Below, piece by piece: positions 43,123 to 53,900 of a stretch of DNA of 64,000 nucleotides (position 1 is the first letter of the stretch; each line of letters starts with the position of its first letter). Origin of the DNA: Treponema sp. (GTDB lineage: Bacteria > Spirochaetota > Spirochaetia > Treponematales > Breznakiellaceae); contig WQWD01000001.1 in assembly GCA_009785545.1 (NCBI GenBank), forward strand, positions 1,344-65,343. Reading direction: 5' to 3'. Below the pieces are notes generated by a model. That model saw nothing but the letters and a program-made list of their open reading frames with translations. It was not told the origin of the DNA and made no database searches. Both the position numbers and the translations under genes were made by a program.

Positions 43123-43232
43123 TGAGGTTTTCCGATAACTAACCCGAACCGGAAATTCGAAGTTTTGGGAAAACCTCACAAATCAGTTATATAATTGAGC
43201 CTGTCCCAAAAACTGAAGTTTTAGGACAGCCT
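43123..43232. repeat. Pair of REP-like palindromes between the SBP and permease genes
   Basis: TGAGGTTTTCC..AACT-loop-AGTT..GGAAAACCTCA (43123-43178) and CTGTCCCAAAAACT-GA-AGTTTTAGGACAG (within 43197-43232). Confidence 0.75.
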
Positions 43233-43263
43233 GAATTACAATACAATAATGGAAAGGGAAAAC

Positions 43264-44142
43264 ATGAAGCATTTAAGCATGGAGAAAAAACGTAGTTTAT
43301 GGGGTTGGTTTTTTATCCTCCCAGCCGCTACATTAATTTTTATTTTTTCTTTCTACCCCATGATAAATACTTTTATCCTTTCTTTACAGTCCGGTATTGG
43401 TAATAACTTGCACTTTACCGGCATCAGAAATTACTACCGGTTATTCCAAGATGCCACTTTTTTAAGATCTGTTGCAAATGTATTTACTTATCTGATTATT
43501 CAGGTTCCTATCATGCTCTTTTTAGCATTGATTCTTTCATCCATTCTGAATAATCCACGCCTGAAATTTAAAGGACTTTTCAGGACTTTGGTTTTTCTGC
43601 CCTGTGCAACCGCACTTGTTTCATCCGCAATGGTATTCAGATCTTTTTTTGCTTTAGACGGAATTGTAAATATTGCATTATTAAATATAGGTCTTATTTC
43701 AAATCCAATAAGCTGGTTAAGCCATCCGATATGGGCAAAAGTAATTATAATTCTTGTTATAACCTGGCGATGGACAGGTTTTAATACTATTTTTTATCTG
43801 GCTGGTTTACAAAACATCGATCATTCTATTTACGAATCGGCAAAGATAGATGGTGCTTCACCTACACAAATATTTTTTAAAATAACTCTTCCTCTGCTCA
43901 GACCCGTAATACTCTTGACTGCAATAATGTCAACAAATGGTACTTTACAGCTTTTCGACGAAGTAGTACAATTGACAGGCGGTGGTCCGGGGAATGCAAC
44001 AATCACTATAACACAGTATATCTTCAATTTGTCTTTTGTATTCAGTCCGCAATTTGGTTACGCAGCGGCAGTCTCCTATGCTATATTGGTTATTGTCGCA
44101 ATTTTATCTATTATTCAGATGAAAATCGGAGATCAAAAATGA
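43264..44142 (+). CDS. Sugar ABC transporter permease (LacF type)
   Basis: TWRWTGFNTIFYLAGLQNI and IYESAKIDGAS. Start moved to ATG 43264 after AAGGGA. Confidence 0.9.
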   Translation: MKHLSMEKKRSLWGWFFILPAATLIFIFSFYPMINTFILSLQSGIGNNLHFTGIRNYYRLFQDATFLRSVANVFTYLIIQVPIMLFLALILSSILNNPRLKFKGLFRTLVFLPCATALVSSAMVFRSFFALDGIVNIALLNIGLISNPISWLSHPIWAKVIIILVITWRWTGFNTIFYLAGLQNIDHSIYESAKIDGASPTQIFFKITLPLLRPVILLTAIMSTNGTLQLFDEVVQLTGGGPGNATITITQYIFNLSFVFSPQFGYAAAVSYAILVIVAILSIIQMKIGDQK

Positions 44143-44954
44143 AAAAGCGAAGATATGTTGGCTCAAGTTTAATGTATACATTTTTGATAATTGTCTGCCT
44201 CTTTTCCAGTATTCCGTTTTTTTGGATGATTATAGCGGCAACCAACAGTAGCATTGACATAATCAGAGGTCAGATAACTCTAGGAACACATTTATTTGAA
44301 AACTTTAGAATATTATTCAGTACTGTAAATGTGGGAAATGCTTTTTGGAATTCCCTTAGAAATACAGCGGTAATTACAATTGCAAGCCTTTTTATTTGCT
44401 CAATGGCGGGGTACGGTTTTCAAACTTACAGAGATAAAAAGAAAGACAGATTTATGACAATTTTGCTTCTTTCAATGATGGTTCCTTTTGCCTCAATAAT
44501 GATTCCGCTTTTCAGAATGTTTAGTACATTCAATTTACTTGACTCAACATTGGGGTTTGTCCTTCCAACTGTATCAACAGCTTTCCTTATATTCTTTTTC
44601 AGACAAAGCAGTATGTCTTTTCCCTATGAAATTGTCCAGTCTGCCAGGCTTGACGGGGTTGGTGAATTTGGAATATATTACAGGATATATCTTCCGGTTA
44701 TGTTTCCAACAATTGTTGCAGGCGGAATCGTGACATTTATGAACAATTGGAACAGTTATCTCTGGCCGCTTGTTATCATGCAGAGAGCAGAAAGCAGAAC
44801 AATGACTTTAATGCTTGCAACTCTAACATCGGGGTATACTATAAATTACGGTATTCTTATGCTTGCCGTAACCCTTACTACACTGCCGACTGTAATACTT
44901 TTTTCGTGTCTGCAAAAATATTTTATTGCAGGAGTTTTGGGAGCGGTTAAATGA
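44139..44954 (+). CDS. Sugar ABC transporter permease (LacG type)
   Basis: EIVQSARLDG and WNSYLWPL. ATGA overlap with the upstream gene. Confidence 0.9.
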   Translation: MKKRRYVGSSLMYTFLIIVCLFSSIPFFWMIIAATNSSIDIIRGQITLGTHLFENFRILFSTVNVGNAFWNSLRNTAVITIASLFICSMAGYGFQTYRDKKKDRFMTILLLSMMVPFASIMIPLFRMFSTFNLLDSTLGFVLPTVSTAFLIFFFRQSSMSFPYEIVQSARLDGVGEFGIYYRIYLPVMFPTIVAGGIVTFMNNWNSYLWPLVIMQRAESRTMTLMLATLTSGYTINYGILMLAVTLTTLPTVILFSCLQKYFIAGVLGAVK

Positions 44955-44955
44955 A

Positions 44956-46212
44956 ATGGTAAAAAAGTTGTTTACTGTAAATAAAATATTCCCATTATCA
45001 TTAGCAACATTATTAATTACTGTTGCTATTTTTTTATTCATTTATAATTATACCTCCCCCACACTCCACATTTTTGACAGCAATGAATATGACAATGAAT
45101 TCTTGTTTAAACTAAATTTTTTCATAAATATTACCATATTTTTTATATCATTATTTATATGCATAATTTTCAATAATTTCTTCAGCCGCCTTTTCTGCGT
45201 TATTTTTAGTTTTACTTCATGTGTTTTGACTGTCTATGTATTAAATGATATTTACTCGATAAATCTACTCCTTTATATTGCCTTTATAATTGTCATAGTT
45301 TTTTCATTTACACCGGTTATCAGTACAATAATTTCTCTATCCTGTATTGCATTGTTTATTTATTTTCTTTACTATCCATCGTTTATGGGCTTGTTACCTT
45401 ATGACATTTTATTCTCCCCGCATGATGCAACAAATATCATTCCTTTTGCAGTAATCCTGCTCTTTACAATGGGCAGCACAATTATAATACGGGAATTATA
45501 TGATAAATACAGCCATTCGCAAAAAACCATCGAATATTTGAGCAAAACAGAAAAACAACTGTCGCAGTTTAATGTCCAACTCCAACAGCTTTCAAGAAAA
45601 AGAAATGAAACTATATTAAGAAACGAACGTCTCAAACTTACCAGAGATCTTCATGATACATGTGGTTATGCATTTACAAATATTATTTTATTAAGTGATG
45701 CGGCAATAAGCAATAATAAGGTGGATACTGATGATGTACAAGAATTATATTCTAAAATAAGAAATCTTGCTGCGAGGGGACTTCAGGAAACCAGAGAAAT
45801 ACTCCATCTTATTAGAAAAAAACAAAAACTATATACTAATACAACAGATATTGTATTAGAAGCAAAATCGTTATTCGAAGATGTTACAGGCATAAAGGTT
45901 GAAATTACATGGGGTAATATTACCAATAACTACAGTCATGATATAAACAAAATTATTGTCAGCATTATTCAGGAAGCATTTACCAATTCAATAAAGCATG
46001 GACAAGCTTCCTTTATCAAGATAAATTTTAATGAAACTTACGAGAAATTATTCATGTCTATTTCCGATAACGGGATAGGTTCAAGACAAATAGAAAAAGG
46101 AATAGGGATAACAGGTATGGAAGAGCGTCTTAATATTGTCAATGGTAAATTACACATATCGGAATTATCTGAAGGTGGATTTCATCTCACAGTTGTTATA
46201 CCAATACAATAA
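44956..46212 (+). CDS. Membrane sensor histidine kinase (HisKA_3, NarX/LiaS class)
   Basis: Multi-TM N-terminus. ERLKLTRDLHDTCG (H box), QEAFTNSIKHG (N box), DNGIG and GIGITGMEERL. ATG lies 1 nt after the permease stop. Confidence 0.9.
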   Translation: MVKKLFTVNKIFPLSLATLLITVAIFLFIYNYTSPTLHIFDSNEYDNEFLFKLNFFINITIFFISLFICIIFNNFFSRLFCVIFSFTSCVLTVYVLNDIYSINLLLYIAFIIVIVFSFTPVISTIISLSCIALFIYFLYYPSFMGLLPYDILFSPHDATNIIPFAVILLFTMGSTIIIRELYDKYSHSQKTIEYLSKTEKQLSQFNVQLQQLSRKRNETILRNERLKLTRDLHDTCGYAFTNIILLSDAAISNNKVDTDDVQELYSKIRNLAARGLQETREILHLIRKKQKLYTNTTDIVLEAKSLFEDVTGIKVEITWGNITNNYSHDINKIIVSIIQEAFTNSIKHGQASFIKINFNETYEKLFMSISDNGIGSRQIEKGIGITGMEERLNIVNGKLHISELSEGGFHLTVVIPIQ

Positions 46213-46223
46213 AGGAAAATTTC

Positions 46224-46913
46224 ATGGATAAACAAAAACTAAAAGTACTTTTGGCAGATGATCAAGAGATGATAACTAAAAGCTTATCTACCTATCTTAA
46301 AAATTACACTGATGACATTCACATTGTCGGAGTTGCCGCAAATGGCATAGAAGCGGTTGAACTGATGCAAGAGCACAATCCGGACATTATCCTGATGGAT
46401 GTGTTGATGCCGAAATTGAATGGAATAGAAGCTGTAGCTGCAATAAAAGCAAAAAATACAAATGTCAAAATTATTATGCTTTCTACCTACGATGATGACG
46501 AATATGTACGATCTTCCATCCTTGCTGGAGCTTCAGGTTATCTGATGAAAGACACTTCTCCTACAGAACTTATCAGCGCCATCAGAGCATTAAAAAATAA
46601 CAATATTATACAGATATCGCCTGATCTAGTACGAAATATGGTTCAAAATAAATTTAAACATGAAGAAAAAAACGAAAAATCAAATATCGAAGAAAACGCT
46701 CTTTATAAAAATTTGCCCGAATTAAAACATTTAAGCAATCGTGAAAAAGAAGTTTTTACACTTTTGGCTATGGGCTATGATAATGAAAAAATAGCAGAGA
46801 AATTATTTATTTCAATCCAATCCGTAAAAAACCATATAAGTATTATTTATTCAAAACTTTGTGTAAAAAATCGGTTTGAAATAATCAGATTGGCTAATAA
46901 AATTGATAACTAA
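46224..46913 (+). CDS. NarL/FixJ-family response regulator (REC + LuxR HTH)
   Basis: VLLADD, PDIILMDVLMP, GASGYLMKD and LSNREKEV..LAMGYDN..IAEKLFIS..SVKNHI. Confidence 0.95.
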   Translation: MDKQKLKVLLADDQEMITKSLSTYLKNYTDDIHIVGVAANGIEAVELMQEHNPDIILMDVLMPKLNGIEAVAAIKAKNTNVKIIMLSTYDDDEYVRSSILAGASGYLMKDTSPTELISAIRALKNNNIIQISPDLVRNMVQNKFKHEEKNEKSNIEENALYKNLPELKHLSNREKEVFTLLAMGYDNEKIAEKLFISIQSVKNHISIIYSKLCVKNRFEIIRLANKIDN

Positions 46914-46943
46914 GGCAATACATGACAAAAAAGCCGGTAAGAC

Positions 46944-47804
46944 TCAACCTTTTATCCCTGTAGAAGCTACACCCTGTATAAAAAATCGCTGCAAAGAAAT
47001 AAAAATAATAAGAACCGGAATAAGAGCAACTACACTGCCTGCCATAATCAGACCGAATTCCGCAGAAAACTGGGAAATAAAACTTCGCAATCCAATCTGA
47101 ATGGTTTTAAGCTCAGTTCTGGTAAGGTAGATCATAGGACCTAAAAAGTCATTCCAAGTATTTACAAATGTGATTATAGCAAGTGCAGAAAGCGCTGGCT
47201 TGGAAAGGGGCAGCATAATTCTTATCCATATACCATATTCAGACATTCCGTCAATTCGCGCAGCTTCTCGAAGTTCTCCGGGAATACTGTCGTAAAATTG
47301 TTTCATCATAAAAACCCCAAATGCCGAAAAAGCCTGCAGGCAAATAATCGCAAGATGAGTATTATGAAGACCAAATGAGCTAAACATTATAAACTGGGGA
47401 ACCATGTAAGCCTGCCATGGTACGGCTATTGTAGCTATATAAGCAAGAAATAAAGTCCGTCGCATGGGGAAGTGCAGTTTGGAAAATGCATAAGCGGCGA
47501 AACTTGATGTCATCAATTGAAGAAAAGTGACTATTACAGAAAGTTTTGCAGTATTCCATATATAAGTGGCCAGAGGGATCATTTCCCAAATCTCGGAATA
47601 ATTTTCCCATCTTGGGTTTTCTGGTATCCATTGAATAGGAAAAGTAAATACATCCTGATTAAGTTTCAGGGATGACGAAAGCATCCAAGCAAAAGGAATA
47701 AGCATAAAAAAAGCGGTGACAATAAGAAAAAGATATATTAAAGCTCTTTTTATGCCATATTTAAAATAATAATTCTGTAAAAAAAAATTTTTTGCGGTAA
47801 TCAT
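46944..47804 (-). CDS. Sugar ABC transporter permease
   Basis: ELREAARIDG and WNDFLGPMIYL. Confidence 0.9.
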   Translation of the reverse strand: MITAKNFFLQNYYFKYGIKRALIYLFLIVTAFFMLIPFAWMLSSSLKLNQDVFTFPIQWIPENPRWENYSEIWEMIPLATYIWNTAKLSVIVTFLQLMTSSFAAYAFSKLHFPMRRTLFLAYIATIAVPWQAYMVPQFIMFSSFGLHNTHLAIICLQAFSAFGVFMMKQFYDSIPGELREAARIDGMSEYGIWIRIMLPLSKPALSALAIITFVNTWNDFLGPMIYLTRTELKTIQIGLRSFISQFSAEFGLIMAGSVVALIPVLIIFISLQRFFIQGVASTGIKG

Positions 47805-47814
47805 ATTAAATCTC

Positions 47815-48708
47815 TCACTTACTGTTCATTGATTTTTCAAAACGGAACTGGACTAAGGTAATTCCTACAACTAGTACAAAAAGTACCATAGCAATAGCAC
47901 TGGAATAACCAAATTCCAAAAAACGAAAAGCTGTATTGAATATTTCATAGACCAGAACTCGGGTGGCATCGGTAAGCTGGTTATCTCCGCCGGCAAAAAT
48001 ATTTATAAAAATATCGTAAACCCTAAACGATGTAATAATGAGCATCATCATGATAAAAAATGTTGTAGGCGATATCTGCGGAATAGTAACATTTCTGAAT
48101 TTTTGCCAACTATTTGCTCCATCAAGATCTGCTGCTTCATAAAGCTCTTCGTTAACCCCTTGAAGACCAGCCAAATAAATCACCATGTAATAACCCATAT
48201 TTTTCCAAACACTGAAAAAGATTACTGTAGGGAGCGCCCAGTGCCTGTCTGCAGCCCATTGAGGGAGCTGCTCAACGGGCAAGCCAGTAATGTAAGAAAG
48301 CAAATTGTTCACCGGACCAAAAAAGGGGTTGAATATAAAATTCCACACCACTGCTACCGCTACCAACGATGCTACAAATGGGAAAAAATAAACTGTTCTA
48401 AAAAAATTACGAGCTTTTATTTTTTTGTTTAATAGAATTGCAAGAAAAAGTGCAGTCCCCATAGTAAGGGGTACTACGCCTGCAGTGTAAATAGTGGTAT
48501 TCAACAGAGCTCGCCAAAAATTGTTATCATTTACCAATCGTACAAAATTATCCAATCCCAAGAAACGTATGGGGTTTGCCCCATCCCAGTATAAAAAAGA
48601 TAGTATTAGAGAAAATACCAAGGGAACCAAAGTAAAAACAGCAAACCCAATAAAATTAGGCGCAAGGAAACTATAAGCAACAATTGCTTCTTTTGTACTC
48701 TTCTTCAT
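47815..48708 (-). CDS. Sugar ABC transporter permease
   Basis: WKNMGYYMVIYLAGLQ and ELYEAADLDGA. Confidence 0.9.
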   Translation of the reverse strand: MKKSTKEAIVAYSFLAPNFIGFAVFTLVPLVFSLILSFLYWDGANPIRFLGLDNFVRLVNDNNFWRALLNTTIYTAGVVPLTMGTALFLAILLNKKIKARNFFRTVYFFPFVASLVAVAVVWNFIFNPFFGPVNNLLSYITGLPVEQLPQWAADRHWALPTVIFFSVWKNMGYYMVIYLAGLQGVNEELYEAADLDGANSWQKFRNVTIPQISPTTFFIMMMLIITSFRVYDIFINIFAGGDNQLTDATRVLVYEIFNTAFRFLEFGYSSAIAMVLFVLVVGITLVQFRFEKSMNSK

Positions 48709-48727
48709 TATAGTTGATTATGAGTTC

Positions 48728-50014
48728 TTATCTTGCCAGAATTCTGCCAACTCGTTCGTTCATCTGCCTTATTCCGTTTTCTACACTGATATTTCTGGTC
48801 ATAATTGCATCATGAGCTTCGTTGAGAATTATTTCAATTTCCGCACTTCTTTCATGAAGAGGCATTTCCAGAAAGGTTCTGTATACATTCAAAGCTTCTC
48901 TGCTATTGACATCTGGGGGAAATCCCGGCATAGAAGCAATTTTATCAATAACCTCATCGTTCAGAAGAGCCGGAATCGTACCAGTTTGTGCGAGAATTAA
49001 AGCACCCTCCAGACCGGAAACAAACCTTACAAAATCCAGAGCCTCTTCCCTATGCCTTGAGTTACGATTAACTCCAATGCCGGTTATAGTTCCCAAAGTA
49101 GTTCCGGCAGGTACACCTTCCGGACGAGGATATTTAACCATTCCCCAGTTTCTAGATCTTTCTGCCTGACCTAAAGCAACTCTTTCCATTTGCATTCCAA
49201 TAAACCAAGTACCCATATTCATCATAGCAACCTGACCATTAAAGAAAACTCCTGAATAATGAATACCGGAAGTTCTGAGCAAAGCGTACGGCATGACAAT
49301 TCCATCGTCCTGTTTTCTAAGCACTCTTTCGTAATGAGGTCGCAGAAAGTCGTAATTACCATCTACCATGGTATGCATTCCGTCTAAAATCCCAAATAGC
49401 TGAACCGTACTGCGCCATGTATGGTAATGGGCACCAAAAATTCTGCTTGCTCCACTGCCGGAAGTAACCAACCGAGCTAGAGCCTCAAATTCATCCAGAG
49501 TCATATCATTGGTAGGATAAGGAACCCCCGCAGCATCAAAAATATCTTTGTTGAAAAAAACAAGCCAGAAATCGCTGCGGAATGGCAGGGCAAAAACTTC
49601 ACCATCAACCATCAGTTGTTCCACTATACCACCATAAAGTTCAATATCGATATTTTCTTCTTCAATAAAAGAATTCAGAGGCAACAAACGATTCTGCCGT
49701 ATAAGATTTGCATAACCTGGAATGTCCTTAATGGTAAGTATATCCAAATTAGCACCTCCTGCGAGCTGCGTCATAAGGACGGTTGAAAAATCTGCACTAC
49801 CAAGATCAACCGGTACGATTCTTACACCAGGGTTCTTTTCTTGATAAGCCTCTATAATGGCAGTGTAATAAACCGTCAAACGATAATCCCACATAGCCCA
49901 ATATAGGTTGATTCTTCCGTATCGATCGACAGAAGGTCTTCTTTGACAGCTAGGTAAAAAAACTAAAAAACACACAAGTAATACAGCAACAGCAATAATC
50001 CGCAAATTCTTCAT
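48728..50014 (-). CDS. Sugar ABC substrate-binding lipoprotein
   Basis: Lipobox LPS-C. Motifs FALPFRSDFWLVFFNKDIFDAAGV and FFNGQVAMM. Confidence 0.88.
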   Translation of the reverse strand: MKNLRIIAVAVLLVCFLVFLPSCQRRPSVDRYGRINLYWAMWDYRLTVYYTAIIEAYQEKNPGVRIVPVDLGSADFSTVLMTQLAGGANLDILTIKDIPGYANLIRQNRLLPLNSFIEEENIDIELYGGIVEQLMVDGEVFALPFRSDFWLVFFNKDIFDAAGVPYPTNDMTLDEFEALARLVTSGSGASRIFGAHYHTWRSTVQLFGILDGMHTMVDGNYDFLRPHYERVLRKQDDGIVMPYALLRTSGIHYSGVFFNGQVAMMNMGTWFIGMQMERVALGQAERSRNWGMVKYPRPEGVPAGTTLGTITGIGVNRNSRHREEALDFVRFVSGLEGALILAQTGTIPALLNDEVIDKIASMPGFPPDVNSREALNVYRTFLEMPLHERSAEIEIILNEAHDAIMTRNISVENGIRQMNERVGRILAR

Positions 50015-50110
50015 TTAACTCTCCTTAAAAACATTCGTAATCATATGAAATCAAGTATGCAAACAAAACACTTATAATTCTAAATATTCTATATTATTAA
50101 GTATAGAATC

Positions 50111-50135
50111 AAAAAGTTACAAAAGTACTGTTTTT
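50111..50135 (-). promoter_or_regulatory. Locus operator, copy 6 (right boundary of the regulon)
   Basis: AAAAACAGTACTTTTGTAACTTTTT on the coding strand, about 105 nt before the 50014 start. Confidence 0.8.
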
Positions 50136-50201
50136 AAATTGACACCTACATTTCTGCCTTTCCTTGGTAGAATCAATTTGACAATTCATGTATAATAACT
50201 C

Positions 50202-50885
50202 ATGCGAGATGACATTAAAGCCGTTGCTTTTGATCTTGATGGAACTTTGTACCCAAACCGGCAGGTAAATTTCAGGTTAATACCCTTTGCATTGAAGGAA
50301 TTTGCGTTGTTGTCCGCTTTTGGAAAAGCCAGAAGAATAATCCGGCAAAACCAAAGAGAGAATATCCTTCCTCAAGGCGATTTTTACGAATATCAAGCGG
50401 AAATAACCGCTAAAATATTGGGTGTTAATCCTCAGCAAATGAAAGAAAAAATTGACCGATTGATATACAGGGGATGGGAACCTCTTTTTAAGAAAGTAAA
50501 ACTTTTTAGAGGAATGCACGAAACGCTTGAGGCCTTAAATAAGGCAGGCTGCAAATTAGGGCTTTTGTCGGATTTTCCCCCAGAGGCAAAATTGGAAAAT
50601 CTTGGGCTTAACAAATACTGGGACACTGTGCAATGCTCAGAAAGGTGCGGTGCGCTTAAACCTCATCCGGAGTCTTTTCTAAGGCTTGCCGAGGCTTTGG
50701 CGCTGCCGCCTGAGAACATTTTGTATGTGGGAAACAGCCATGCCTACGATGTGACGGGTGCGGCGAGTATTGGAATGAAAACAGCATGGCTAAAACCACT
50801 TTTTAAGGGCGGAAATAAAAAGTCTCCAAAACCTGATTTTTCTTTCAATAACTATCGCCAATTTAATAATTTTATGTTAAATTAA
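50202..50885 (+). CDS. HAD-superfamily hydrolase
   Basis: AFDLDGTLY, LLSD, KPHP and YVGNSHAYDV.GA. Confidence 0.92.
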   Translation: MRDDIKAVAFDLDGTLYPNRQVNFRLIPFALKEFALLSAFGKARRIIRQNQRENILPQGDFYEYQAEITAKILGVNPQQMKEKIDRLIYRGWEPLFKKVKLFRGMHETLEALNKAGCKLGLLSDFPPEAKLENLGLNKYWDTVQCSERCGALKPHPESFLRLAEALALPPENILYVGNSHAYDVTGAASIGMKTAWLKPLFKGGNKKSPKPDFSFNNYRQFNNFMLN

Positions 50886-50927
50886 GAAGATATAAAAAGT
50901 ATTATTCGGGGAGGGTTAATAATACTA

Positions 50928-53900
50928 ATGTTTACAATTGGAAATATTATAACACTTGCTTTAGTCGTCTGTTTTCTCATTGCCTATCGGATGACGGATA
51001 AAAACTACCGTTCTCTTGATAAGATAAAAAAGTTCGCGGACAAATGCAGAGATGATCTCGCTGTTTTCGTAGAAGAAAAAAGTATGGCGGTAAAAAATTT
51101 CGGCATTGATTTAGAGATCGAAAGAAAAGCCGCAGCTCAGTTAATGAAAAAATTAACCGACGAAGAGATTGCCAGAAAATCAGAAGCTTTAGCAAGAATA
51201 GACGGGCACATCAAAGCTTTTGAGGCTTCTCTTGAAGAGCTTTTTGGAATGACAGATCGAGTGCAGGAAAACCTCAGCCGTATCAGAGATGAATCCGCTT
51301 TTGTAGAAAATACAAACAAACGTGTTACAGAAACCAAAGAAAAATTTGAACAAATAGAAAAAGCGCTTGAAGCGGCAGCAAGAAATCTAAAAGATACCGA
51401 AGAATATCTTGGGAAAAAGAATGCCGAGCGACTGGAACAAACAGCAGAAGAAGTGTTGGCATCCGCAAAATCATATTTATCTGATTTTGAAGCTACAGCT
51501 CAGGTAATCGAACGCAAAGTCGAAGAACACCGAGGGGCGATAACAAAAGCGGAGCGTGAACGAGAAACTGTTTTAAATCAAGACATGGAACAGATAAAAA
51601 AGTTTGCGAAGGACATTTTGGAGAGCGCCGGAAAACGTGCTGACAAACTGGAAGATGCTGCTTTAGTAAAGTTGCGAGAAGCTGCCCATGGAAGAGTAAA
51701 TCAAATAAAAACTTTTTTTGAAGAAAAAATAAAAACCACACAAGATACGCTTAAGGCAGAACAGGGAACGATAAACGATAAAATAAAAACTGTTCATGAT
51801 AAATGCAGCGCAGAAATATCCGATATCAGCACAAAGTACAAAAACACATATCATCAATGGGTAAAAGAATCCACAGAGCTGGACACTATGGCAAAAAAAC
51901 AAAGAGAAGATATAACTTCGTCTCTTGCCGAGTTTAAAAAAACAGCGGAAAAACAACACAAGGATTTGGAAACAACCATAACAAATACAAAAAACGAATT
52001 AAACAAATCAATTGTTGATCTGTGCTCAAGTTCGCAGACCGCTGTAAAACAACAACAGGATGAACTTGCTTTAACTATCAGCTACTTAAAAGAAAACACC
52101 GAAACAGCGGTTAAATCACAACAAACAGAGCTTTCATCGACTCTTAAAAAAATAAAAGAAAATACGGAAACTGCCGCAAACTCACAGCAAGCCGAACTTG
52201 GATCTACGCTGCAAAAAATCAAACAAGACTCACAAACGGCTGTCCTTGAGCAAAAAAACGAAATTGATTTTATGCTCAAGGAATTAAAAGAAAAATCAAA
52301 TACCGCATATACAAATCAGCTTGACGATTTAAATAATGCTCTTGGCAAACAGACGGAAGAATGGAAATCTATTTGCGCAAATACAGAGCAAAATATTATT
52401 TCGGCTAACGATAAACGGATCGATGAATACAGCAAATCACACGATGAAGCTGTCAGGCAGCTTGTCAGCCTTGCAGATGATGCCGCAGCTTTGGAAACAG
52501 AACTTCGCAAATCCATGCAGGAAGTAATTGTCAGAGTAAAAAATGATTTCTCGTCATTTGAAAAAGAAGCCGGCATGAGCATGGATACTGCCGCCGCCGA
52601 GTTTGACACAAGAGCGAAAAAGCTGCATGAAGAACTTGACTCAACAAACAAAGAGCTTGACGAAATCAGACAACAGGCTCACGATAATGTTTCGGAAAAA
52701 CTTGCCGTATTTGAAACCAACTTTACAGCGGAGCTGGGAAAACGTGCGTCAGAAATCGGAAGGCAAATTGCAGATTGGCAAGGCGGCATACTGGAACGCT
52801 TCACCAACAGCGAAGAAAAAATTTCGCAGGATTGGCAGAATGCGGCGCAGCGTATCAACATGGAACAGAGAAACACAATCTCCGCTATGAGCGATCAATT
52901 AACATCCGATCTTGACAGGCTTAAACAGGAAACTTCCGCATTTGAAATCGGAATCAGAGAAGAAATGCGCAGTGTTGACGAGGCACGGGTATCTTTTACA
53001 GAGCAGCTCAAACATAACTTGTCAGAAATGCGAACATCATCCGAAAACGAAGTTAAAACTCAGGTAGGACAACATCAGATCTCAATGCAGGAAGTACTGC
53101 TGCAAAAACAAAGAGAATTGGAAAAAGAACTTGAAGTTATTTCCACGCATTGCAGCAATGAATATTCCGTTCTTGAAGATACAGCCCGCAATACCCGCTT
53201 GAGTCTTGACGATTGGCAGACTGCCTATATAGCGAGAATGCGTGAAATGGACGAAAACCTCGATAAACTCGGAAGGAACTCAAGGGATATGGCCGCCGAA
53301 AATGACGAACGTTCCGCTCAATTTCGTGCAAATTTGGAAGATATACGCAAAGAGCTCAGTGTTCAGAAAAAAATCTTTGATCAGACAGAAGACCTTAACC
53401 ACGGGTTGGAAAGGCGCAGGGAAGAAATCAACACAGACCTTAACCGCCTTGAACAAAGAAAAAATGAAATCGCCGAGCTTGAAAATCAATTGAACCACGT
53501 CAGGCGGCTTGGAGATGATGTAAACAACAAAATGACAAGATTCCTTTCCGAAAATCGGCGCATAGAACTTATGGAAGAAAGTTTTACCCGCTTATTAAAA
53601 ACATCCGCAGCGGTTGACGATAAACTAAAATCTGTTTCATCTTCGAATGACATTCTTCAGGCAGAACAGGTTAAGATACGAAAACTGGAAGAAGCGATCA
53701 AAGACACCGAAGAAAAATACCACCGTATCGAAAAGAAAAACGAAGTTCTCGAAGAAACATCCGAAGCTATAGACCGCAACTTTAAGGCTTTGCAAAAAAC
53801 CGAAGCTGCCGTTAAAAATGCAGAGAACACAATCTCATCATTGTCGGATCAATTTGAAAAGATACATACATCAATCGAAGAGCTCGCCGAGCAAAATGAA

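Noticed and set aside
46236-46256. AAAAGTACTTTTGGCA resembling the locus operator
   Set aside because: Lies inside the response regulator coding sequence (LKVLLAD) with no gene start at the usual distance. Probably coincidental.
47873-47890. GTACAAAAAGTACCAT operator-like string
   Set aside because: Has one extra A in the spacer and lies within a permease CDS.
50178-50196. TTGACA and TATAAT upstream of the HAD gene as a canonical promoter
   Set aside because: The boxes are only 7 nt apart. The -10 alone may drive a leaderless transcript, but the pairing is not valid.
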